Below are positions 26,496-39,460 of a stretch of DNA of 64,000 nucleotides, piece after piece. The notes beneath the pieces are model-generated. The model did no database searches. It worked only from the letters and a program-made list of their open reading frames with translations, and was not told the DNA's origin. The DNA is from Epiperipatus broadwayi (lineage: Eukaryota; Animalia; Onychophora), in contig JAQFVV010000009.1 in the NCBI GenBank assembly GCA_028023455.1, positions 13,516,001-13,580,000 on the forward strand, in the 5' to 3' direction. The position numbers and the translations under genes were made by a program. The number at the start of each line of letters is the position of its first letter. Position 1 is the stretch's first letter.

Positions 26496-26534
26496 CTTAT
26501 TGATAAAGATAAAAGTCAAAAACTAGTCTGTAGA
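26496..26534 (+). ncRNA. Highly degenerate hammerhead-like motif (family 2 architecture)
   Basis: (T)TGATAA-A-GAT(AAAA)GTC-A-AAAA-CTAGTC-TG, followed by the ca(c/t)tgattactc motif seen downstream of other family 2 copies. Confidence 0.3.
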
Positions 26535-27744
26535 TAAGAATTTAAATGTATCTCGTAATCACTGATTACTCAAGCTTATGATAAATGATACTAGAGTGGA
26601 AAGTTGATATTGTTTTATCATATTGTTTAAACTGGATTACTGTTATTAACATTCCTAGTCAGAGTGTTAAGGTGCCTAATAAAAAACTGAATGTATTAAA
26701 AGGTATAGTTATTGAATTTAAGTCTGTTCAATCAGATTGACTTGAGTTCAAAATTTTAAACTAAATGAATTTCAGCTTTTTAACTTGTAAGATAAAAATG
26801 TTATTAAAGATAATTGCTGGTTGTATAAATGTATTACTTCCATTTTTGGATTCAAAACCTCATTGACAAATGCAAAAATTTAAAAACTGGCATAAATATG
26901 GTCATTTAAAAACATTTGGTAATACTCATTTATTATTCAAATTTATTATAGGTGAAACTACAGTGGGGATTTGCTCTTTCCAAGATTCTATTTTTATAAT
27001 GATCATGTAAACTTTTTAACTTTAGCATTATTTATAAATTTCTAGAAGAGACTTTTAAGATGTGAATTAATTTAGGCTGCCCAGGGTATTTCCTTTCTTT
27101 TTACTTAATATTATTAATTTCTATTTGAACATGATTTTTTTATTTTTTTACTTTTCTCTAATTTTATGTATGAATTACACCAGAACTCAAAATGTTACAT
27201 TTTGTTTAATTGTAAATGATATTTTGTTGAACTTTAAACCAATATTAAATTGTTAAAATTTATTAAAAAAGTATGTTCTATAATAAAAATATATTGTGTT
27301 TTAAAAAATGAAATATAAAGTAACATTTTGCACTTTTAAGAAGTCTAAAATACTTTTAAAAAACAACATTAAGTAGCTGAATTAAATAAATATTTAAATG
27401 GTTGTTTGCTCATAAGAAGTTGAGTATTAAAAGCGTCAGAGCTGGAGTCATGATCTTTGGATCATAAGATCTAGAATGTGTCATTCTACTGCTGCACTAA
27501 ACCATGCAGGGTATTAATTCAATTAGTCATTCATAATAGATCAACTAATCACCTCTCCAAATACATTGCTTCCCCTGATTCATGAATCTTAATGATGTAA
27601 AGGGCTTATTAAAGTTTGTGATATAGCTTTTTTTTAACAGTTTGAATGTTTTTGTTTCTTTTTAAATAGTGGAGAGAATTCTGAAAAAGAGTATTTAACA
27701 GTCAAAACTGTTAGTAATTTTTGGAAATTTTAAGAAACTTTAAA

Positions 27745-29445
27745 GATGGCTGAAACTTAAGAGAAATCAATAAGCAGATAATTGATGATACTTTCTTAAA
27801 AACAGCAACACAAACAGAGGATACAAAAATCAGCAATTAACCAGTAAATTTTCAATTGAGATAAGACAATGTATAAGAAAAAGCAGAAATATAAGAATTA
27901 TATAAAAATGATTAATTAAAAAGAATATCCATAGTAATGAAAAAAAGCTAATAATGAATAATATAAGAAAATATAACTGTGAATGTGAAAATGAGGCTAT
28001 AGAAGATAATAAAAGTGTGTAAAACATTTCACTATTGGAAGAAAATTTGTTTAGCAATAAAAAGAAAAGTTGGAATTCACTAAAAAGAGGGACAGAATCA
28101 AGAAATGTTTGAAAAAGTTCTATGAGAAATTATATAATAATAAAAAACAAAAAAATTAATTAACTGTTACAACAACTACATCTTCTGAAGAGGTGAGATA
28201 TGCAATTTAATCTATAAAGAAGGTAAAGACTCCAAGAAATAATAGAATTATTACTGATATTTTAAAAAGATGCAAGTGAAGAAATAGAAAAATTGTTGGC
28301 AAAACTATATAACAAATTTCTAAATGATAAACATGTACCAAATGATTGGAAGAATGCAATAGTATTAGGAAATATAGATCTAGCAGTTCTATACAAAATC
28401 TTTACCAACATAATTAATATTCATCTACAGCAAACTTTGGATCCAAATTAATAAAAAAACAAAACAAATTGAATTTAAAAGTAGTTCTAGCACAGTGTAT
28501 TATATCCAATTATTGAGAGAAATTATAAAAAAGATCAATAAAATGTGAATTTCCACTATGCTTTGGATTTATTCATAATTAAGAACATTTGATTCCATAA
28601 ACATTTCCACAATGATTACAATTTTGAACTATCAAAATGTAGATTCATAATATTATCATACCTGAAGAATATTTACATTACATGGAGATAAGTAGAAAAG
28701 CATATATCCAAAACTTTATACAGTAGTTTTACAAAAAAATATTTTGTGAATTAAAATAGAAAGCTGAGAAAGTAAAAATATATGAAGATCATTTAAATCA
28801 TTTAGATTTCACAAATGATGTGATAACTTTAAGAAATGTTACAAGAGTTATAAAAAAGAAAGAAAGTAAGACTGAAGATAAATATTAATTAAACAGATCA
28901 AAATAATGGTCAATGGATTTTCTCAAAAAAAAGAGAGAGAGATCGATAATCATGAAATTCATCAAAGAATCAAATTTAGATGGAGTGCTTTTGGTAGAAA
29001 TAGGTTAATATTAAGATGAAATATGCCTATATGTCTGAGAAGGAAAGGTATTAATAAACATATTTACCAATTCCTATTTATGGATATAAAATTTGGACAC
29101 TTAATATAAGAATAATATAGTGACTACCAATACATTATGGAGAGATGTATGTTGGAAGTAAAAAGTAAAACCCTTGGATGAGATAAACAGGTATCATTGA
29201 CATCATTGAAAGAATGAAGAGAGTGAAATTGAGATGGGCCAGACATATTTCTAGAACAGATGGTAACAAGTGGCAATTGAAGTTTTCAACTGTATATCAA
29301 TAGATTATAAAAGATTTAGAAAGAAACCATAGGTGAAATGGATTGATAAAATTAGAAAGTTTGTTAGTGTGATGTGGAGAAGAGAAGCTATGAATCAGAA
29401 AACTTAGTAAGATTGAACTGATAATGATTAAAAACAACGATGATG
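27745..29445 (+). mobile_element. Decayed 5'-truncated RTE-clade LINE
   Basis: Fragments such as VPNDWKNAIV and HLQQTLDPN, and a 3' end gtgtgatgtggagaagagaagct...gatgatgat homologous to the 33500-36060 copy. Confidence 0.8.
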
Positions 29446-30331
29446 ATTTTTTATATGTAAAGTGCATAGAAGAGTGTGTTTGTATTCCTTGTTTATATTA
29501 TCTAAAAATACTGAGATTTTAAATTATATTATGAATAATAAACTATCACTAATATTAGTCAAAGGTTAATGCTCCAATCAGGGTATATACTATTGCCTTG
29601 TTATTTCATTTGTCTTCAAGTAAAGAACTTTACCTACATAGTGCTTTATATAGCATAAAAATTTTACACAACATGCAGTTTGGTTGGTATATATATTTTT
29701 TAGACATCATTTCAATCATATATTTTTCTATCGAGTTTTTAAAATTTTCTATTTTAAACCATTTTCCAGTTTGCACCAACTTTTTTTTAATAGTTATGCT
29801 TTATTTTATTTCATTGAGATATTTTACTTATATTAAACTTTTACCAGCATATAATAGCTTAGTTGGTTTTCAGTGGTAGAGTGACAATCTCTGAAACTCA
29901 ATTTGTCATTCCCAGAGCTCCAACATTTTCAGAATTCCTGAGCAATAAATCATAAAATTATTTTTTTAAAAAGATATAATAAAAACACATGTTAAATGAG
30001 AAAGGGGATGGGGATAATAAAAAGGAAATACACTCTAATATTTAAACTACAGTTATTTCTAATTTTTAAACTCAAAGAAATTCAAAATTTTTATGAAGTT
30101 TAAAATCTTTTTTCAAAATATTTTTTGAATATACGACTGGACATTGTATATTTATTATAAGTACAGTATTTAAAAAAACATTTGTGTTTTCTATTGTTAA
30201 TACTCCTGCATATTACTATAATTTGTAATACATATCTGTTTATGATTTATCATATACTGCATGTATGTTTAAAAATACATGATATCTATATATTGTAAAT
30301 TTAGATTGGAATATATATATATTTTTTCCAT

Positions 30332-30427
30332 ATGTCACAGCATCGGCCGGGAAGCGAACCCGCAACAACTATTGCTTGCAAGGCAGCTACGCTGACCTCT
30401 GACCTTTCGGCAAACAACGCTTGACAT
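30332..30427 (-). mobile_element. tRNA-Gly-derived mini-SINE (long subfamily, anticodon loop CTTGCAA)
   Basis: Reverse complement GTCAA-GCGTTG...AGCTGCCTTGCAAGCA...GGGTTCGCTTCCCGGCCGATGC-TGTGACAT. Confidence 0.8.
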
Positions 30428-31204
30428 GATTATTTTTAGTAGTTACTTTTATATCAACACTCAATAAAACGATATAAACGCACTTTTATTTTGTTCTTTT
30501 TAACGATCATTTCAACTTAACAAAAAAGCTATTGGAGGATAAATTATTTTTTAAAACTTCTCATCCAATAGAATTTAAGAATGAAAAGAAATAACAAAGA
30601 AAAAAATAATGATTTTAAATCTCTCCACATACATTTTTATAATTTGAGAAAGAAGAAGCTCTAAGGAAAGTACTTATTATTGTACTGAAATGTCAACTAT
30701 TTAGCTATTATATTTTTACTAAATGGAAGCTGCTATAAATAATACTACGAATATATATATGTGGGAGATATAATAATTAGGCAGTAGGGTTCTTTGACTA
30801 TATTGATATTATGATATCACTATTTATGTAAGTTGTTATTGTGATAATGCTATTTTAGTCAAGGTTAGTTATATTTCCACACAATATTCTTAGTTATGAA
30901 TAAGTTATATTACATGGATTAAATGACTTCCTAAGTGGAACATTGAGGACATTAATTCCAATCAGTTGACTAAATGATTTTTTTTCCTTCGGTTTCTGAG
31001 AATTAATCTGGAAATCTTTATCTCTCAAATCCACCATTCTGCTACTGGCCAAACTATACAGAGATAATGATGATGATTATTATATTTTTGTTTTGCTACT
31101 AATAATATATAAAATAAAGTTGTGTGGTTTAGTGCAAATTCTTCCAGTGCTTGAACTTTATACAAACTTCCCTCATCAGTCTATTTGATTAGTTTGCTCT
31201 TCTT

Positions 31205-31318
31205 GGTTAAGAGCAATGGTATAATGATAGACATAAAGTCCAAAATATATGGATCATGATTACATCTCTGTCATTTCCAGTGCTTAAACTTTTTATGAAC
31301 TCCCAAGCAATAAGCCAT
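31205..31318 (+). mobile_element. Second SINE-like family (3' motif gaactcccaagcaata(a)agcc)
   Basis: Same 3' motif on the minus strand at ~39522-39640 and ~42540-42660, preceded by a tRNA-like head. Confidence 0.35.
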
Positions 31319-31580
31319 TAAATTGGGATTTATTATTATTAGTGTTGTAGTTATTGTCATTGTTGTTGTTATTATTTATAAATAATAAAATATTTTATTA
31401 TTTTGTATATAACTAATTATATTCACCTCATAACACTTAATGCATAAAATTATGAGAACTGTAGATTTCATTACCCAGGATATTCATTAAAATTAAATAC
31501 TTCAGATTTTTACAAAAACATATATTTAATACACTGTACAGGCTTACACACACTTGTACATACAATATATAAGGGACTCA

Positions 31581-31885
31581 AGCTCAGACTTTTACTTGAC
31601 CCTCAACTCTCCATACCATCTCATATTGCTGACCCACCTGGTTACACACATGTTGAAAAGATAAATAATCACCCATACATGTATTTCATGCTAAATCAGC
31701 ACTTATCAGTTGATCCAGATTACTATCTCCACACATATATACAATCAGTGCTCAGTTTATATTAAGATAGCCAATCTTCATACTTTAATGGACAGGCTTC
31801 AAACTACTCTAACCCACAACTTTTCAGCCATCCATTTCATTGAAAATCTGATGATGGAATGTTCAAAGCCCCCATAAGTGCCAAG
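31581..31885 (-). mobile_element. Second copy of the ~310-bp hammerhead-bearing repeat (family 1)
   Basis: Reverse complement aligns with 4431-4745. Confidence 0.75.
31671..31714 (-). ncRNA. Degenerate hammerhead motif (family 1)
   Basis: AUCAA-CUGAUAA-GUGCU(GAUUU)AGCAU-GAAA-UACAU-GUA^-UGGGU; G8 changed to A. Confidence 0.55.
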
Positions 31886-33497
31886 GTTGTCATTCTATCC
31901 ATGTTGATGTTAGTCATTCTGACCTCTCATGTATCAGAGAATAATCCATTTTTACATACATATGCAAACATATACATTGTTTATGTAAAATTAGCTAGAG
32001 AAGTATTAGAAAACATTGCATTTCTAAATGGAATAAGAAACCCATCATTATTTATAGAAGAAACTGAAAGCTTTTAAAAAATATTTTTTGAAGTGACATA
32101 ATTCTGTGTAGCTTCTTTTTTGTGTGTGTTACTGTTAGCAAAAAAATGTTAGTTACATATTGCTACATATCTATTTTTGAACACAGTATTTTTTTTATTC
32201 AATTCTTCAAAAAACATTTTCCTTCTTCTGTTTTTTTTTCTTCAATAAAAAAAATAGGGCTGTGACAAATTACAGATGATTTTAAATTTTGAAAAAGAAT
32301 TTTTTTTTTTTATCCACTTAGTTTTATATTTCATACCACTATATTTAAATTTAATTTTTAAAAAAAATATTAATACAATTACTTTTTTAAACATAATCCT
32401 CAACAGTTTTTAACCTACTTTTTTCTTTTTAAAAAAAGAATTGAATTAGTTTAACTTTTAAATCTTTTCTTATGTTTTTGCTATCTTTCTTCTAATTCTA
32501 AAAGTTTTTTTATGGATATTTGTAATAATTTTAATATCTTTACCTTTGATTAACATAAAATCTGATTAATGTGAACAAATGATGTAATTTTGTATTAAAT
32601 AGATTTGACTTGTAAATAAATATTTATAATTAATAGTACTAAATTTATGACAATTTTTGTTGCCTGCAGAATTGTGACTTATGTCAAAGAAGATTCTCTG
32701 GAAGTCCATATATTATTTTTTTCAGAAAAGTCAATTGTGATTAAAGTTTGTGTCATAGCGGGACGATCTGATAAAGTTCTCCTTTTTAATACACAGCTGG
32801 TAGGTGTCACTTCTGTATGCAGCAATTTAGATTTTTATGTTGGCAGCATTATTACAAAATGTAGCTTACTATTCTACCACTTTCCACAAATAATTTGCAT
32901 TATTTTAAAGAATGTCCAGATGGTACCATCCAATAGTATTGTTACCCATCAGTGGGATAAAAATTTTCTTAATAATTCTGAGTAAACCCATATATAATTG
33001 AGCTCAATCATTAATATTGTCAGAAATCCTTTAGAAAAGAAGTAAAGTACAGAAAGTCAGAGAATGAAATTGAAAATAAATGTAAAAATATATGATTTCA
33101 GATGACTATAGCATTGTTCTAAGCTCTAAAAAAATATTGTTAAATGAAGAAGTTTTGTGCAGAGAAATATCTAATAGAAAACAAAAAATTTTAATTAGTA
33201 GTGAAAAATCTTGTGCCATGTTTAAGAAGCCTATAAATAAAATATAACAAAATACAAAAAAAGATTAAAATAATTTTTTTGCAAACCCTGAAAGCTTTAT
33301 AACAATTAAAGTTATTTAATTTCAATAGCACTGAGTTATGCACCAGAAAAAAAAATAGAAGAAAAGGAAATGGCTTATGCAAGTTATTTTTTTTCTAATT
33401 TTCAAAACAAAAGCATTACTAGCTTGTGAAATCGTTTTTACATTGTTAAAAATTATAATTAATATCAACATTAATTTTTTCCAGATACAGAATGAAA

Positions 33498-36060
33498 TCA
33501 TCATCATTTTCATTTTTGACTATTATCAAACCTTGCGGGATGGAGATCTCTGCAAATTTAATCCAGTTTCTCTGACTTCTGGCCTCTCTTCTCCAAATCA
33601 CCCCAGCACAGTTCCTTATTTTATCAATCCATCTCATTATATAGTCTATTTCTTGGTCTTTTACAATATTATGAAATTTAGTCTAAGATTTCAACAGTCC
33701 ATCTATTTTCATCTCTTACAATATGTCCAACCTAATATCAATTCCATCTTTTAATTCTTTCAATGATGTCAGTAACATTTTCTTTGTTTTCTTACTCATG
33801 TGTTTTGTTTTCAGTCTCTTCTTGTTACTCAAAATATACATTTCTTCATACTTGGTTGAGTGGTCTGAAGTATATGTATTGCTCTTTCATTAAGTGTCCA
33901 AGTCTCAGATCCATAATTAAGTATTGGTAAAACACGTTTAGTAAAAACCTCCTTTTCAAACACATAGGCAGATTTCCTTTTAATATTAAATTATTTTGAC
34001 CAAAAGCACTCCAAACAAGTTTAATTCTATGATTTAACTCTATCCATTATATTTCTATCTATAGTAATAATATGACCAAGATATTTGTAGTTATTAACTT
34101 CTAACTTATCATTATCAATCTTTTTCTTTTTTTTTCTTTTGATTGAATAATACTTTAGTCTTTTTCACATTTAACTTTAGTTTTAATTTTTTTACTTTCA
34201 TCTGATAACTCTTGTAACATTTCCTCAAGCTCTGAAGCATCATTTTCAAAATATAGATCACTTAAATAATCTCCATTTACTTTTATTCCATTATTTTCTT
34301 GTTTTAATCCACAAAATACTTATTGCAAAACTGCTGCAAAAAGTTTTGCAGATATAGTCACCCTATTTTACATCTTTCTTAAGATTAGTTTTCCTAATAT
34401 TATTATGTTATCTAATCTTTGCTGTTGAAGTATGAATATTTTTCAGAATATAACAATATCCTGGATGAGTCTATGCTTTAATCACTGAAGAAATATTTAT
34501 AGAATCAAATGCCTTTTCATAATCTACAAATTCAAAGCATAATGACAACTCATATTCATTGGTTCTTTCTATAATTTCTCTCAACAATTGAATATTATCC
34601 ACTGTACTAAAACTACTTTTAAATTCCGCTTGTTCTTTTTTGGTTAAAATCCAAAGTTTGATGTAGATGAGTTGTAATTACTTGATAAATATTTTATTTC
34701 TAATTTCTAATATCTTTTTATCACTTTTTTAAATATTAATATTAATTCTATATTTTCCCAATCATTTGGTACATTTTTATCATTTAGACATTTAAATGTC
34801 TAGTCAAGTGTTGATAACTGAGAGGTCAGCGCAACCACCTTGCAAGCAAGCAGTTGGTTGCAGATGGTTGTTGCAGGTTCGCCTCCCAGCCGATGCTATG
34901 ACATATAAAAAAAAGTTCTATTCTTTCACCTGCTTCTTTTAAGATATCAATAATAATTACATCGCTACCTGAAGTTTTTTCCTTTTTCATACATTTAATT
35001 GCATATCTATGAATCTCTGGGCAATTCAAAAGATATAGTAGTTGTAGAAGATAGTTTTTCTTGTTGTTTATTAGTGTATAATTTTTGATAGAACTCTTCT
35101 ACACATTTTATAATGTCATCTCACTTTTTAGTAATAGTTCCATATTTTTTCTTATTAAAGAAATAAGTTTCCCATCAATATCAAGATCTTGTTTACATTT
35201 ATGAGACTTTTATATTTTTTTTATTTTTCCTTGCTAATTCACAATTATATTTTCTTATATTATTATTAACTCTTTTTTGTACCATTTTACAAATTTCTGT
35301 ATATTCAATTCTTTTTAATGCATCATTTTTATATATTTTCATTTTTTTTTCTTCATAAATTTTCTTCTCTCAGTAGAAATTTTATTTCTCAATTACTATT
35401 TTTTTGTACCAGCTATTTTAGTTGTAGTTTTAAAAATTGTATCAGTTATCTTTCTATTGATTTTATTCAAATCTGAATCATGTTCAAAATCTATTAATAT
35501 TTGAAAACAATTTGCAAGTTCTAATTTAAATTCATAAGAATGTTTCTGAAGGTTAGGAATAACAATAGTGATTACTATTTTTCTTAATAAATTTTATATT
35601 TCTAGTTTTGTATTAACATGTATCTTACACCTCACTAAACAATAACCACTTCCTGGATAGAATTTATTAAAAACATTACAGTCTTAAAATACATATTTTT
35701 GTTAGTCAAAATGTAATCCAATTCTGCTGTACTTTCATTTGGATGCTTCCATGATCACTTCCATTTAGCAAAATAAAGAAGTTATAATATAAAGTTTATC
35801 TTTTTATTCAAACTCCACACATCTGTGTCCTCTCTCATTTTTATCACCATAACCAAATTTGACCACATCACTTTCATCTTTCAATTGTTTACAAATTTTA
35901 ACAATAAAGTCTCCCAAGACAATTTTAAAATGTTTGATTGTATACACATATAAAAATCCTCTATTTCTTTATTATAATGTGAACTTGCTTAGGCATAAAC
36001 CTGAATTATTTATATTTAGTATTTACAAATTAGTTGAATAACCTTTGAACTTTGTCTGAT
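33498..36060 (-). mobile_element. Decayed RTE-clade LINE (AP endonuclease C-terminal part, RT and 3' end), interrupted by a SINE
   Basis: Minus-strand WKHPNESTAELDY (APE motif WTWxSPxxxxxEIDY), LCFEFVDYEKAFDSI (RT), and a 3' end with (GAT)n; many stops and frameshifts. Confidence 0.85.
34803..34904 (+). mobile_element. tRNA-Gly-derived mini-SINE inserted in the RTE
   Basis: GTCAA-GTGTTG...CCTTGCAAGCA...GGTTCGCCTCCCAGCCGATGC-TATGACAT followed by an A tail. Confidence 0.75.
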
Positions 36061-37069
36061 ACCCATCAATCTCCACAATGTTGTTACTTTCAGTTTTTAT
36101 TTACATTGAATCCTACCCCATTTGTGCTTCCAAGTGTAGTCCAGTACATGCTCAGTTTTTAAATCATTGTCTCTTTACCTTCTAAAAGCACAAAGTACAC
36201 TAATAATATTAGACAGGTCTTCTTCCAGTTCTTGTTATCTTTCTGCATTTTGAAAATAATTTTCAATTGTAAGCACTCTCCACTGTTGTCTTGGCTGGTG
36301 ATTTTACAACCTCCTGGAAATAAAAACCACGATTCAGTTTTGTCTATCATGATTATGAAAACTCAACTGATATTTTAGTTATGAGCTATTAGGCAATTGA
36401 GAAGAATTTTCCTGATCTTAAACACAGATAAAAAGCTGATACCCTCATCATGCTGCTATATATTGGTGAGCAGCTCATCTATGTTTATTATGAATAGTCA
36501 TACAGTAATAACAAATACAATGTCAAGAATATATGGAAAGGATATTAGAAATTTTCCCTGCTCAGTTCCATTAAGGTCTCAAAGAGGATCAAATGGTCTT
36601 CTTTCTTTTCTGCAGCCTACAGAATAAAATACTTAGCTATATACCATAGAATAACAACAACAAATTATGAAATCAAAATATATCTACAGATGCTAAAAAA
36701 TAAATTTATCAATCACAACTTATCAATTCAAAAATAAAATAAGTAAAAAGAATTTGCAAACAGAGTATATATTAAGCAGAATGACTTTGAATAATAGTAA
36801 TTATTTATACTTAAGAACTTACTTCTTACTAACATTATCATTAAATATATAGATTAATCTAATAATCATTTATTGTAAAAATAGTTTTTGGTGAGGAGCT
36901 AAAATAATTTAATGCATTGAAATTGATAATATGATAAAGAACACAGAGAGTTGTGCCTCCAGATTCTATGTATTAATAAAAAATAAATTCAAAAATCAGA
37001 AGAATATTGTGGAAATTATTATTAAAAAGAATTTCTATATATCATCATCTTCATCATTTTTATATATTA

Positions 37070-38400
37070 TCAATGAACTGAAGAATGAAAGTCTTTCCAG
37101 GTTTAATCCATTTTCTTTGAATAATAGTTTCTCTTTTTCCTACCATTTCAACAAAAATTTTTATCTCATGTATTCATCTCACAATCGTTTCAGGTCTTTT
37201 TAAATCTTTTAGAATCCACTTTAAGATTTTAATTGTATATTTATTATATCACTTCAAACAATTTGTCAAACTCAGCTTCTATTTTAATATCAATGATGTA
37301 TCATTCTCTTACCCAAGTATTTTTTTTCAGTCCATACTTGTATTTCTCAGCATACACATCTCTATACTTTGTTTGTAATAAAATCTCTGCAATGCACTTC
37401 TTTTAAGCATTCAAGCCTTAGATTCATAAACAAGTAACTGATATAATTACTAAAAAAGTTACATTTTAAACACATACATTTTCTTTTAATATTAGGTTAT
37501 TTTCACTTCATTAAAGTTTAATTCTAAGATTAATTGAATCCATTATGCATCCATCAGTATTTATAATCTGCAAGATGTTTGCAGATGTTAACTTATTATA
37601 ATTTATGATTATCAATATTTATTTTTGATAGAAAAACATTCTTTTTAGTATTTATCTTTAGTTCTACTTTCTTGCTTTCAAACTTTTGAACACTATTTTC
37701 AAAAATAAATTACATTTCTGAAAAATCTTCATTTATTTTATTTTCTTAACTTCCCATATTAATCCACAAAACCTTATCTGGAGATATTGAAACATTCTAA
37801 TAAATCTTTAATAATATTAATCTTTTTAGGGTGACCATGTTATATAATTACTACTGTATTCTTCCGAATATGACAATATCCTGAATCTATATCTTGATGG
37901 TATGAGGGTTTAATTATTGTAGATATCATTACTGATTCAAATGTTTTCATAATCTATGGTTCTAAAGCACAATGGTGATTTATTAATTCTTTCTTTAAAT
38001 TCTCTTAATACTTTTTAAAAAAATAAAGTTATAAATTTTGTTTATTTTTATTAGTATTATTTACATTTATACAATTTCTTTTAATACATACATTCTTTCA
38101 ATAAGGTTTCACCTTATTTAAATCTCTATGACATTTTTTTAATACTTCTTTTTCTCTCCTTAACCAATTTCTGCTTTGGATTATTGTAATTAGTTTCAGC
38201 TAGAACTTTTATTTTTTACTTTTTTATAAACAATTGTCAAATTATTGTAATCTATTCTTAGACATGATTTTATTCAATCTCCTCTGAAGACACAAACCAT
38301 TATCTTCTTTTAATACATGGTAGTGACATATTGTGCTAAAATTACTTTTAAATTCAATTTATTTTTTTTGTTTGATTTGAGTTCAAAGTTTCCTGCAGAG
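37070..38400 (-). mobile_element. Older decayed RTE LINE (RT and 3' region)
   Basis: Similarity to the other RTE copies (caatatcctgaat, tcaaatgttttcataatcta, taaaattacttttaaattcaatt); partly duplicated at ~40494-41340. Confidence 0.65.
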
Positions 38401-38576
38401 AAATTATAATTGTGGTAGTAAAGATCTTGCACAGTAGTATTAAAACAATAATAGACATGTAATTTGCAATATCTTTTTGTAACATTTCTTTCAATATTAC
38501 TGCTGTATTTTTTCAATCATTTGATACTTTTTTTTATCAAATCATTAAAATATCACACGACCACCATTTCCTATGC

Positions 38577-38614
38577 TTCACTAATGAAGGTCACAAGCTA
38601 AAAACTAGTCTGGA
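38577..38614 (+). ncRNA. Degenerate hammerhead motif (family 2)
   Basis: UUCA-CUAAUGA-A-GGU(CACAA)GCU-A-AAAA-CUAGUC^-UGGA; the downstream ~100 bp aligns with 52312-52390. Confidence 0.45.
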
Positions 38615-38739
38615 AATATTGGATGAGTAAGCACTAAATAAAAATTTGATGCATAAACCTTTTAGAATTCATTGATTACTATGACTAGCACTAGGTAATA
38701 CTACTGTTTGAAAGAGTTACTATTTCTTTATCAATTAGA

Positions 38740-39340
38740 TGTTAGATGTTTGGTATATAGTTTGCCTACAATTTTCTCTATTCCTTTACCTGCATTTTAA
38801 AAACAAGATATCAATAATAATTCCATCACTTTCTAAAGCTTTTTCATATTTTATAGATGTAATTACACAATTCATTTCTTCATGTAAATATTTCTCATAC
38901 TTTAAAACAATATTAGAATTACTTTTGCTGTTTATGATGCCCCTCTTTTTAATTTCAATATCAATGCATTGTTTTATATTTTTGAAATTTATATTTCCTT
39001 CTATAACTTTCCTTGAACCATTTTCAGATTTATATATCATTAATTTTTTTTTTGTATCATTTTGTGAAAATTCCAGATATTCAATTCTTCTCAATTTTAC
39101 ATATTTTCATTTTTTTTTCCATATATAATTTAAATTCATTGAAGTGTTTCTTTAGATTAGAAATATCAACTGTTAATGTCTTGCTTAATAATTTTCATTT
39201 TTTTAATTTTAAATAAATAAGTACATTATATCTCATTAAACTGATTATTCCTTGTGTTGAATCTATTAACAGCACCACAATCTTGAACATCTATTTTCTG
39301 TTAGTCAAAATATAATCCAATTCTGCTATATCTTTATTTT
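38740..39340 (-). mobile_element. RTE LINE fragment (end of APE to start of RT)
   Basis: IAELDYILT and EKALESDGIIIDIL (KAPGxDGI motif) in ORF 38786-39094; duplicated at ~41700-42330. Confidence 0.7.
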
Positions 39341-39364
39341 AATTCGTTATGTCTGTTTAATTTT

Positions 39365-39460
39365 TTTTATATATATATGTCAAAGTGTTGACCGGGAAGC
39401 AAACACAGGCCGACTGCTTGGAAGGCAGCTTTTCTAACCACTAGGCCACCAATGCTTGAC
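39365..39460 (-). mobile_element. tRNA-Gly(TCC)-derived mini-SINE with 16-bp TSD
   Basis: TSD ATGTCTGTTTAATTTT at 39349-39364 and 39461-39476; (AT)nA tail. Confidence 0.85.

Noticed and set aside
32647-32985. 112-aa plus ORF
   Set aside because: No recognisable motif in any frame and no consistent splice structure.
36159-36350. Minus ORF with a plausible acceptor and donor (GCKITSQDNSGECLQ...)
   Set aside because: No family similarity or partner exons; adjacent to LINE debris.
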